In this document: in pieces, positions 9,215-17,077 of the stretch
Position numbering within the stretch: the stretch's first letter is position 1
How the letters are laid out: each line of letters starts with the position of its first letter
Assembly (NCBI GenBank): GCA_023246655.1
Contig: JAHFHX010000001.1
Coordinates: 28,648-92,647 of the forward strand
DNA: 64,000 bases
Direction: 5' to 3'
Source: Candidatus Magasanikiibacteriota bacterium
GTDB lineage: Bacteria; Patescibacteriota; Patescibacteriia; Magasanikbacterales; GWA2-37-8
The notes under the pieces: model-generated
What the model was told of the DNA's origin: nothing
The model's database searches: none
What the model saw: only the letters and a program-made list of their open reading frames with translations
Position numbers and translations under genes: made by a program

Positions 9215-9556
9215 CTATGCCCGCAAGCGGTTGCGGCGGCGATACTCCTGCGTGCGCCGCCGAGAATCAATTCGCGCCCAAAGCGACCGGATGGCTTCGA
9301 GCTCCTGCTCTTCGCGCCTGGCGCGCTCAATGCCCTTCCAAATCCTCTCGCGGCGACCGTTGTCGCTCGTCCGCCGGAGCAGGTCGACGAGGTGCATCCG
9401 TCGGCGGTGCACCGCGACGGAGCCGTTGTGCAGGAGATGCTCAATCTCCTGGCGATGTCCAAGACGCAGCGCCGCATGGAGCGGTCTGTGCCCGGGATAG
9501 AGCAACTGGGCGCTACGTATTAGCCGCCCGTAGCGTACGTCATCAAGGACAGGCAT
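9215..9556 (-). CDS. GC-rich small protein (113 aa) with a single ankyrin-like repeat and Arg-rich tail
   Basis: The ATG at 9556 is preceded by AAGGAGAAGG at a 7-nt spacing. The segment YPGHRPLHAALRLGHRQEIEHLLHNGSV fits the ankyrin consensus G-TPLH-AA--GH---V--LL--GA. It lies in a GC-rich patch at 9120-9560. The opposite-strand Arg-rich ORFs are shadows. Confidence 0.4.
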   Translation of the reverse strand: MPVLDDVRYGRLIRSAQLLYPGHRPLHAALRLGHRQEIEHLLHNGSVAVHRRRMHLVDLLRRTSDNGRRERIWKGIERARREEQELEAIRSLWARIDSRRRTQEYRRRNRLRA

Positions 9557-9818
9557 TCGCCTTCTCCTTGTTCAATTTTTGTTGTGTGCTCCGCGCACTT
9601 TTTACATCCCTAGGTTCCCAGGATGGCTAGCTGTTCTACACGGGGTAGACACGGAGTTGGCTAGCAAAGCAAAACACGCCACTCTACTAGTCCTTCAAAG
9701 TACTATTAGGGTAGTTTGTCTTAACCTTGGCCTAGCTTAGCAGAAAGTAGTTGGCTTTGTCAATAAAACGCCAATATGTTAGGATAACTCTTACTAAACC
9801 TTACGTAAGGTACATTTT

Positions 9819-10922
9819 GTGTTTAAACCATTTTCTTATCAATTTTACCGCACCACTAAAGAAGCTTGGGATGCTATGTATCAGGCTATTTTGGATGCGA
9901 CTAAATCTATTTATTGGGAAATTTATATTTTTATTGATGACGAGGCTGGAGGTAGGTTTATTGATGCGTTGTGTGACAAAGCTCGGGCTGGGGTTGAGGT
10001 AAAAATTGTGGTCGATGCTTTGGGTAGTTGGGGGTTGTCGAGCTTAGCGGAAGCGCGCCTAACCGGGGCGGGGGTAGAGGTACTTAAATATAATCGTTTG
10101 CACCCAGAATTAGCTTTGGGTCGTTGGTTTAATCGTCTGTGGCGGCGTAATCATCGTAAACTGCTTATTCTTGATGAAGAGGTCGCTTTTATTGGCGGAG
10201 TGAATGTCGAATCAAAATCTTTACTATGGAATGATTTATTTCTTAAACTTACGGGAGTCGTTGTTTGGCCACTCTTAAAGAGTTTTGCCAAAACATACGT
10301 GGCCGCGGGAGGTGATCGTCGCCGTGTGCGTCATTTGCGTCGATCACGTTTGCCGGAAGGGTTAGAAACGTTGCAGCGAAAAATTGAGTTTATTATTCAT
10401 TCGCCGTTTGGGAATAATCGTTCGCTGGTACGTAAGATGTATTACCGGAGTATTGCGGTGGCCAAAGAAAGTATTAATGTGTTGACGCCTTATTTTGTTC
10501 CAGATCGAGCCCTGATTCGATTGTTGACTCAAGCGCGTCGGCGGGGTGTAAAAATTAATTTGTTTTTACCGCAACGGCCGGATCACCAAATTATGGAATG
10601 GATTGCGCGCGCTTATTATGGCATTGTCCACCGTGCCGGAGTAAACATTTTTTTATCCAAAAAAATGAACCATGGCAAGGCCATGACCATTGATAATAAA
10701 TCCGGTTTTGTAGGGAGCTCTAACATAACCCCGCGAAGCTGGTTTATTAACGAAGAGGCTGGGGTATATTTTGACGATGCGGAGATGGCTGAGGAGTTGA
10801 ATACACTTTTTGCTCAATGGCAAACCGAAGCCGAGCCGCTTAATTTGGAACGCTGGAAAAAACGGGGGTGGCGGAGCAAAGCAAAGGAATGGTGGGCGAA
10901 GAAGATTGAGAAATATGTTTGA
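9819..10922 (+). CDS. cls: phospholipase D family protein / cardiolipin synthase-like
   Basis: Two HKD motifs: HRKLLILDEEVAFIGGVN and HGKAMTIDNKSGFVGSSN. The start is uncertain: GTG at 9819 or a downstream ATG giving MYQAIL. Confidence 0.85.
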   Translation: MFKPFSYQFYRTTKEAWDAMYQAILDATKSIYWEIYIFIDDEAGGRFIDALCDKARAGVEVKIVVDALGSWGLSSLAEARLTGAGVEVLKYNRLHPELALGRWFNRLWRRNHRKLLILDEEVAFIGGVNVESKSLLWNDLFLKLTGVVVWPLLKSFAKTYVAAGGDRRRVRHLRRSRLPEGLETLQRKIEFIIHSPFGNNRSLVRKMYYRSIAVAKESINVLTPYFVPDRALIRLLTQARRRGVKINLFLPQRPDHQIMEWIARAYYGIVHRAGVNIFLSKKMNHGKAMTIDNKSGFVGSSNITPRSWFINEEAGVYFDDAEMAEELNTLFAQWQTEAEPLNLERWKKRGWRSKAKEWWAKKIEKYV

Positions 10923-11044
10923 CGGGATAGCACGAATTCCCGACCCAGTCGGGACACGAATAACACAAATCAATTCGTGATATTCGTGGACCCGCCTCCC
11001 ACGCTAGCGCTAGCGTGGGAGGCGGGCCTCGAGCCCATTCATGT

Positions 11045-12349
11045 ATGTTAGAAGAAAAAAGATTACAATCAAATACTCCTTTAGCCGAGCGAATGAGACC
11101 TTGTTCATTTAACGAGTTTGTTGGTCAAGTCGATATAGTTGGGGAAGGGAAGCTCTTGCGCAAACTCATTGAGAATGATGAATTGTCCTCAATTATTTTT
11201 TGGGGTCCGCCGGGAGTAGGAAAGACTACGCTAGCGCGTATTATTGCAGAAGAGACGAAGGCGCGGTTTGTGGCGTTGTCCGGAGTGATGAGTGGGAAAG
11301 ATGATTTGCGGAAAGTGATTGAAGAAGCGCAAAGTGGAAAATCACAAATCCCAATTTCCAATGACCAAATAAATTCCAAATTCCGAGTTCCAAATCAAAC
11401 CCGGACCATTCTCTTTATTGATGAAATTCACCGCTGGAATAAGGCGCAGCAAGATGCACTGCTCCCCTATGTGGAACAGGGAATTGTGACGCTTATTGGC
11501 GCTACGACCGAGAATCCGTCGTTTGAGATTATTGGCGCGTTATTATCTCGATCGCGAGTGTTTATTTTGAAGTATTTGACGACCGAGAATATTGTTGTGC
11601 TCTTGAAGCGGGCGCTCGCCGATAAAGAAAGGGGATTAGGAAATTATAAGATTGAGATTGAGAATGAGACTTTGGAAATACTCGCGGAGCTTGCGGGTGG
11701 GGATGCGCGGGTGGCTTTGAATGGGCTCGAGTTGGCATTTAAATCGAAAGTCGGAAAGTCCGTAAAGTCTCTAAAGTCACCAATTGTAATTACAAATCAG
11801 GAAATAAAACAAGCGTTGCAGCGAACACATTTAGTGTTCGATAAAAAAGGTGAAGAATTTTATAACCTCATCTCCGCACTCCACAAATCCATGCGGGGGA
11901 GTGATCCCAATGCCTCGCTTTATTGGCTCGCACGAATGCTCGAGGGTGGTGCTGATCCTTTGTACGTCGCTCGTCGTATCCTGCGGTTTGCGAGTGAAGA
12001 TATTGGTATGGCCAATAGCGAAGCTATGATACAAGCGAATGCAGCGTATGATGCTTGCCACAAAATTGGGATGCCAGAGTGCACGGTGCATTTGGCTCAG
12101 GCAGTGGTATACTGTGCCAAATCCGCAAAATCAAATTTGTTATATAAAGCCTATCAGGCAGCAGCGAAGGATGCTCGAGAAACTTCTCAACTTGGGGTGC
12201 CAATTCATTTGCGCAACGCACCGGCAAAATTTATGGAGGAGATTGGATATGGAAAAGACTATAAGTATAATCCGGATTATGATGAACCGATAGAACAGGA
12301 TTATATGCCGGAGGAGTTGAGAGGAAGAAACTATCTTAAGAAGAAATAA
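11045..12349 (+). CDS. rarA: replication-associated recombination protein A (AAA+ ATPase RarA/MgsA)
   Basis: Walker A GPPGVGKTTLARIIA and Walker B ILFIDEIHR, plus the C-terminal MgsA helical domain. Start taken at ATG 11045 (MLEEKRLQSNTPLAERMRP). Confidence 0.88.
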   Translation: MLEEKRLQSNTPLAERMRPCSFNEFVGQVDIVGEGKLLRKLIENDELSSIIFWGPPGVGKTTLARIIAEETKARFVALSGVMSGKDDLRKVIEEAQSGKSQIPISNDQINSKFRVPNQTRTILFIDEIHRWNKAQQDALLPYVEQGIVTLIGATTENPSFEIIGALLSRSRVFILKYLTTENIVVLLKRALADKERGLGNYKIEIENETLEILAELAGGDARVALNGLELAFKSKVGKSVKSLKSPIVITNQEIKQALQRTHLVFDKKGEEFYNLISALHKSMRGSDPNASLYWLARMLEGGADPLYVARRILRFASEDIGMANSEAMIQANAAYDACHKIGMPECTVHLAQAVVYCAKSAKSNLLYKAYQAAAKDARETSQLGVPIHLRNAPAKFMEEIGYGKDYKYNPDYDEPIEQDYMPEELRGRNYLKKK

Positions 12350-12409
12350 CAAAATTCTAATGTACGAGTTATGCTAATTAACCTCTTTCATTTTAGCCAA
12401 AAAACACTT

Positions 12410-12546
12410 GTCATTCCGAATCCCCGTCGCAGGGGTGAGGAATCTCTGTCTCAATCAACCAACGACGGACAGAGAGATCCCTCCCGCCAGAGGCGGGCAG
12501 GCCTCGCGCTGTGTCCGCCTTTGGCGGAAGGCTTGCTCGGGATGAC
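12410..12546. repeat. GC-rich palindromic structured element with termini GTCATTCCGA...TCGGGATGAC, possibly a MITE-like repeat or ncRNA
   Basis: The outer inverted repeat encloses three internal hairpins (ATCTCTGTC/GACAGAGAT; CCCGCC-AGAG-GCGGG; CCGCC-TTTG-GCGG). It lies between convergent rarA and tsaE. Its termini resemble the GTCATTGCGAGG repeat family. The listed ORF 12371..12571 is probably not coding. Confidence 0.5.
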
Positions 12547-12640
12547 AAAACGGTATTTGAGCCAAATTTAGGGAAAATTAATTAGCACAACTCGTGCATT
12601 GGGGTTTAAACATTTTATTAGATATTAGGAATTAGGTGAA

Positions 12641-13657
12641 TTAGAAATCTTTAACGCTAATTTTTCTCTCCTCCCTCTCCCCATGCTCCAACGCAATCTT
12701 AATCACCCGTTTCCTTTTTAACAATCCCTCAATTTTCTCCGGCCATTCTACAATCGTCACGGTGTCTAACTGGCCCAAGTAGTCTTCTACGCCAATATTG
12801 AGCAATTCCTGCTCGTTTTTTAACCGGTACGTGTCGATATGTACCAACCTGTTAATTGTTAATTGTTTATTATTAATTTGGTACACATTCATTAGCGTAA
12901 ACGTCGGACTGGTAATTTCTTCTTGCACTCCTAACCCTGCCGCAATTCCTTTCACCAGGGTCGTTTTTCCCGCACCCAGTTCGCCGTAGAGACAGACAAC
13001 ATCCCCGGCTCGTAATTCGGTAGCGATTTTGGTTCCAACATTTCTAGTCTCTTGATCGGAGTGAGTGGTAAAAATTCTGCCATTTTTTTTCCGCTCTGAC
13101 CTTAAAACAAGTATAGCGATAGTGCCACTGATGCCAACCATTGCGAGAGGATAGATAGCGACAGCAAAATTCCATTGATTAATGGCAGCAAGGTTAAGCA
13201 AATTACCCAAGAAGAATAATGCCCAGGGCAAACGCCTCTCTCCTGTTGGATTGAGATATACTTTTTTTACCGTGGGGAGAGCTCCTAAACAATCAATGAA
13301 TAGATTCACCAGGAGCGCGGATAACGGTGAGCGAGTCGCTGCCCAGAGAGGGATACTTAGGGCACTCCCGGCAAGGCACCAGCGATCTAATCGTGCCCAG
13401 CCACCTTCACCATACCACAGTGACGCCAGAAACACAGCGCCGATACCAATGACATCTCCAAGCGGAACCCAAATGGTTTCATGTTGCGGTGTGGAGTAAT
13501 AATAACTGGAGAGTAAGAGTAATGATTCTAACATCCAAATTCCCCACCCTGCCCGATTCGGTCGCATTTGTTGGCGTACGGTAGCAAAAAAATAGGTGCT
13601 AAGCGCTATGAGATTCAAAATACCAGCTGCGATACCAATAATTGTTTTTGTTTCCAT
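12641..13657 (-). CDS. tsaE: tRNA threonylcarbamoyladenosine biosynthesis protein TsaE fused to an N-terminal ~190-aa multi-pass membrane domain
   Basis: The C-terminal half has the P-loop LYGELGAGKTTLVKGIAAGLGV, SPTFTLMNVY and HIDTYRL, all typical of TsaE/YjeE. The N-terminal half is hydrophobic with about six predicted TM segments. Confidence 0.75.
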   Translation of the reverse strand: METKTIIGIAAGILNLIALSTYFFATVRQQMRPNRAGWGIWMLESLLLLSSYYYSTPQHETIWVPLGDVIGIGAVFLASLWYGEGGWARLDRWCLAGSALSIPLWAATRSPLSALLVNLFIDCLGALPTVKKVYLNPTGERRLPWALFFLGNLLNLAAINQWNFAVAIYPLAMVGISGTIAILVLRSERKKNGRIFTTHSDQETRNVGTKIATELRAGDVVCLYGELGAGKTTLVKGIAAGLGVQEEITSPTFTLMNVYQINNKQLTINRLVHIDTYRLKNEQELLNIGVEDYLGQLDTVTIVEWPEKIEGLLKRKRVIKIALEHGEREERKISVKDF

Positions 13658-13742
13658 GCAAATTTTTGTAAAAGAATAAGAAATTTGTACCTTTTTAATA
13701 CAGAAAAGTCAAGTTTTAAATTTAATACTAGATAGCCGCAAT

Positions 13743-13836
13743 AAAAACATCCCGACTTAGTCGGGATGTTTTTAATTTTTTTCTCCTCGACTCTCCAGAA
13801 TCGTCCATTGCACAACTCTGGAGATTGGTCGAGGAG
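13743..13836. repeat. direct repeat copy A (terminator hairpin plus 55-bp hairpin unit)
   Basis: AAAAACATCCCGACTTAGTCGGGATGTTTTT followed by TTCTCCTCGACTCTCCAGAATCGTCCATTGCACAACTCTGGAGATTGGTCGAGGA. The 55-bp part is identical to the copy at 14672-14726. Confidence 0.85.
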
Positions 13837-13865
13837 AAGCAGAGGTGCCCGCGGCGCGGTTGCGT

Positions 13866-14147
13866 TCAGAGGATGATGATGTAGAAGGTTGTGGTGCGGG
13901 GCGGCACATCGCAGTCCCTTGCGTCCGCTGCTGTGCGGGACAAGAGCAGGACGACATTTGCTAGTTCCGTCAGCGCCCAGCTTGCGGGGGAGAACACCGT
14001 GTCGCGGCATCCTCCATCATTTTCCCGCCAGCCAATGCCGGGGCCATCTGTGTTTGAGCCACTGTATTCCACTTTGCCGATGACCCTGCGGCCATCGGCG
14101 TGAATTTCGATGATCATGCAGCCGGGCAGAACCTTGCCGAGTTCCAT
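13866..14147 (-). CDS. GC-rich hypothetical small protein (93 aa)
   Basis: The ATG at 14147 is preceded by AAAGGAG at a 9-nt spacing. It lies in a GC-rich patch between the two direct repeats. The C-terminal extent is uncertain because the ORF runs toward the repeat. Confidence 0.4.
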   Translation of the reverse strand: MELGKVLPGCMIIEIHADGRRVIGKVEYSGSNTDGPGIGWRENDGGCRDTVFSPASWALTELANVVLLLSRTAADARDCDVPPRTTTFYIIIL

Positions 14148-14219
14148 TTTTGGAATCTCCTTTCATCTCGCACCATAGCAAAGAGAGAAAGATTTGTAAA
14201 GGGTTAATCAAGTGGACCA

Positions 14220-14621
14220 TTGACAGTCATCAGAATAGCCGGGTATACTACTACCATGAATAAATCAGATTTTAAAAAAGAAGATTTGGACAAAGTGGTA
14301 ACGCTCGGCGTACTTTTGGAATACACCGACGAGTTTTTAATTCCTCGTTTTGCCGATGTTGTGAAAGAAATTGTTCCTTCGATTATTAAAGAATTAGTTC
14401 CACCAATGATTAAAGAAGCTAATGGCCAACTTACCCATGAGTTAAAAGTCTATATTGATGAAAAACTGGCTGATTATAGCTCCGATATTTTTAAACGCCT
14501 TGATAAAAAATACGAGAAAGAAAAACAGTTTAAAGAAAAAGTGGTTCAATTATTTAAGAAACATAAAATCGGTTCACCGGAAGACGTGGCCTTCTTAGAA
14601 GGGTTAGTGCAGGGAAGCTGA
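14220..14621 (+). CDS. hypothetical protein (133 aa, K/E-rich, coiled-coil-like)
   Basis: AT-rich ORF whose terminator belongs to direct repeat copy B. No recognisable domain. Confidence 0.45.
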   Translation: MTVIRIAGYTTTMNKSDFKKEDLDKVVTLGVLLEYTDEFLIPRFADVVKEIVPSIIKELVPPMIKEANGQLTHELKVYIDEKLADYSSDIFKRLDKKYEKEKQFKEKVVQLFKKHKIGSPEDVAFLEGLVQGS

Positions 14622-14640
14622 TGATAATTTCAGAAGAACA

Positions 14641-14726
14641 AAAAACATCCCCATTGAATCGGGATGTTTTTTTCTCCTCGACTCTCCAGAATCGTCCATT
14701 GCACAACTCTGGAGATTGGTCGAGGA
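14641..14726. repeat. direct repeat copy B
   Basis: AAAAACATCCCCATTGAATCGGGATGTTTTTTT plus the same 55-bp unit as copy A. Confidence 0.85.
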
Positions 14727-14764
14727 AGGGGGTGAGGGGGGGGCACGAGACACGTGCTGGCTTG

Positions 14765-15073
14765 CTAAAAAAACTCAGCCGCCTCGAGCCCGAAAATGGC
14801 ATCCACGAGCCAGGCCCAGCCGGTGGGTTCGGGCGGGAGCCAAACAGCCATCATCCGCCCTGTGCGGCTTAGCCGGAATTCCGTCCCGGCGGTGCCTCCC
14901 TGATAGACCTCGATGAGCGCCGCCTGCATCAGCTTGTAGCTGACTTTAGCGGCGCGCCGTTTACCCACGGCTTGCGTCGTGCGGCGGATGAACTCCGCCG
15001 TGTCGAGGCTGTCGTCGGGTGGGATAGTGAGCAGATCCCGCAGGATCGCTCGGTGCGGTTTTCTCAGTTTCAT
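14765..15073 (-). CDS. GC-rich hypothetical small protein (102 aa), weak resemblance to RelE/ParE-type toxins
   Basis: The ATG at 15073 is preceded by GGAGG at a 7-nt spacing. The C-terminal segment EFRLSRTGRMMAVWLPPEPTGWAWLVDAI loosely resembles the RelE/ParE core YRLRVGDYRIIY...LVVL.IGHR. No adjacent antitoxin is evident, so this is a low-confidence call. Confidence 0.35.
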   Translation of the reverse strand: MKLRKPHRAILRDLLTIPPDDSLDTAEFIRRTTQAVGKRRAAKVSYKLMQAALIEVYQGGTAGTEFRLSRTGRMMAVWLPPEPTGWAWLVDAIFGLEAAEFF

Positions 15074-15159
15074 TGCAAGACCTCCAATAGGTAGTCAAGA
15101 GGATTATCGAATTATTGTCAATAGTTGATTTAACTAGTCTTTTTCTGTATACTATTTTT

Positions 15160-15447
15160 ATGACTCTATCAATTGAAGAAGTTCGTAAAATTGCTCAATT
15201 GGCCCGAATCGAGCTTACGCCGGAGGAACTTGCTCGCCACGCCGAAACTATGTCGGCGGTTTTAGATTATATGAACATTTTAAATGAGGTGGATACTACA
15301 GGTGTTGAACCTACGTTTCAGGTTACGGGTCTTGAGAACGTGTATCGAGACGACGAAGTGGTTGAATGTAAACTGCGTGATAGACTCCTCAAGCAGATGC
15401 CAGAGGTGGAGATGGAGGAATTGGTTGTTCCCGGTGTTTTTGATTAG
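15160..15447 (+). CDS. gatC: aspartyl/glutamyl-tRNA(Asn/Gln) amidotransferase subunit C
   Basis: MTLSIEEVRKIAQLARIELTPEELARHAETMSAVLDYMNILNEVDTTGVEPT, ~95 aa, immediately upstream of gatA. Confidence 0.85.
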   Translation: MTLSIEEVRKIAQLARIELTPEELARHAETMSAVLDYMNILNEVDTTGVEPTFQVTGLENVYRDDEVVECKLRDRLLKQMPEVEMEELVVPGVFD

Positions 15448-15451
15448 CACT

Positions 15452-15563
15452 GTCATTGCGAGGAGTGAACTTCGCAGTGAACGACGAAGCAATCCCCCTT
15501 TTTGTGAGAAAGTTGGTGGCGCAATAAGGGGGATTGCCGCGTCGCTTCGCTCCTCGCAATGAC
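15452..15563. repeat. palindromic MITE/REP-like element, copy 1
   Basis: GTCATTGCGAGGAG...CGACGAAGCAATCCCCC / GGGGGATTGCCGCGTCG...CTCCTCGCAATGAC, a long imperfect hairpin between gatC and gatA. Copies occur at 59169-59283 (full) and 21746-21793 (partial). Confidence 0.85.
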
Positions 15564-15570
15564 AAATACT

Positions 15571-17013
15571 ATGAATCTGAACGAACTGACAGTTACCCAA
15601 GCCGCTGAAGGCTTGCGAAAAAAAGAATTTACCTCGGTTAAACTCACCGAGGCTTGTTTGGCACGCATCAACAAGCGTAACAAAGATATTAACGCCTTTA
15701 TTACCGTATGTGATGAGTCGGCAATCAGCGAAGCTAAAAAAGCAGACGAAATGATCGCCCGCGGCGAAGCAAGGCCGCTCACCGGTATTCCATTTGCCGT
15801 CAAAGACGCTATTTGTACTGCCGACGTTCGCTCGACTGGCTCGGCCAAGATTTTAGATAATTACACACCACCCTACGACGCCACGGTCATTAAGAAAATT
15901 CGCGATCAGGGTGGCGTATTAATTGGCAAAAATAATTGCGATGCGTTTGGCCATGGGGCGAGTAATGAAAATAGCATGTACGGGCCGGTGAGGAATCCTC
16001 ACGACCTGACCAAAGTGGCGGGCGGCTCCAGCGGTGGATCGGCTGCGGCAGTAGCAGATAATATGTGCGTCTACGCCATCGCGGAAGATACCGGCGGTTC
16101 AATTCGTTACCCGGCAAGTTTTTGCGGGGTCGTTGGCATGCGTCCTAGCTACGGCCGCAATTCACGCTACGGCATTATGCCGATGGCTTCGTCGCTCGAT
16201 ACCGTAGGCCCTATGACGAAGACCGTTGAAGATATGGCCCTGGTTATGGAATGTATAGCTGGTTCTGATCCGCTCGACGCCACCACAGTACCAGATGCTG
16301 TTCCCGCGTATCATACGGGAATTAAGAATGAAGAATTAAGAATGAAGAATTTGCGAATTGGTGTCCCACGAGAGTACTTTGAAATCGAAGGGATGGATGA
16401 GGAAGTGAGGACGATCACGGATGAAAAGATTGAAAGATTAAAAGATTTGGGGTGTAAAATTGTTGATGTGAGTTTGCCGCATACGAAATACGCGATTGCG
16501 GTCTATTATATTATTGTCCCGAGCGAAGATAGCTCAAATTTAGCGCGGCTTGATGGAATTCGCTATGGCGTGCGCAACACCGAAGGGCGAACGCTGTATG
16601 ATATGTATGCCAAGTCACGTCGCTTTGGGTTTCCAGAAGAAGTAAAACGCCGCATCCTTATTGGTACCTATGCTTTGTCAGCCGGGTATTATGATGCTTA
16701 TTATAAAAAAGCCCAACAAGTGCGCACCCTTATTAAAAAAGATTTTGATGAAGTCTTTCAAAAAGTCGACGTACTCATTACACCAACGTCGCCATTTCCT
16801 CCCTTTGCCATTGGTGACAAAGTGAGCGATCCTTTAGCGATGTATTTAGCCGATGTTATGGTTGGCCCAGCCGCGGTGGCAGGGATTCCGGCAATTTCAG
16901 TTCCCGGAGGGAAAACAAAAACCGGACTTCCAATTGGTGTGCAGATTATTGGAGCAAGGATGAGCGAAGGGACAGTGATGAATATTGGGTACTGGTTGGA
17001 AAAATCCAAATAA
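15571..17013 (+). CDS. gatA: Glu-tRNA(Gln)/Asp-tRNA(Asn) amidotransferase subunit A
   Basis: Amidase signature GGSSGGSAAAVA. The N-terminus MNLNELTVTQAAEGLRKKEF aligns with GatA starts. The listed ORF start at 15559 lies inside the repeat terminus, so 15571 is preferred. Confidence 0.9.
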   Translation: MNLNELTVTQAAEGLRKKEFTSVKLTEACLARINKRNKDINAFITVCDESAISEAKKADEMIARGEARPLTGIPFAVKDAICTADVRSTGSAKILDNYTPPYDATVIKKIRDQGGVLIGKNNCDAFGHGASNENSMYGPVRNPHDLTKVAGGSSGGSAAAVADNMCVYAIAEDTGGSIRYPASFCGVVGMRPSYGRNSRYGIMPMASSLDTVGPMTKTVEDMALVMECIAGSDPLDATTVPDAVPAYHTGIKNEELRMKNLRIGVPREYFEIEGMDEEVRTITDEKIERLKDLGCKIVDVSLPHTKYAIAVYYIIVPSEDSSNLARLDGIRYGVRNTEGRTLYDMYAKSRRFGFPEEVKRRILIGTYALSAGYYDAYYKKAQQVRTLIKKDFDEVFQKVDVLITPTSPFPPFAIGDKVSDPLAMYLADVMVGPAAVAGIPAISVPGGKTKTGLPIGVQIIGARMSEGTVMNIGYWLEKSK

Positions 17014-17077
17014 CAAATTTGATACTGTGATTTTGAATTTGATTTGATATTTGTAATTTGAGTTTTGTAATTTTTTT

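Noticed and set aside
9033-9630. Several overlapping Arg/Ala-rich ORFs (9033..9500, 9127..9630, 9124..9477, 9206..9523)
   Set aside because: These are shadow frames of the GC-rich patch. Only the minus-strand 9215..9556 frame has a canonical SD and a recognisable ankyrin-like repeat.
12371-12571. 66-aa ORF over the structured GC-rich element
   Set aside because: The region is dominated by nested inverted repeats, and the translation is low-complexity. It is more likely a repeat or RNA element than a CDS.
14765-15073. Confident call of a RelE/ParE toxin-antitoxin pair
   Set aside because: Only a weak C-terminal resemblance to RelE/ParE is visible and no adjacent antitoxin-sized partner gene is found. 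It is kept as a low-confidence note, not a feature call.
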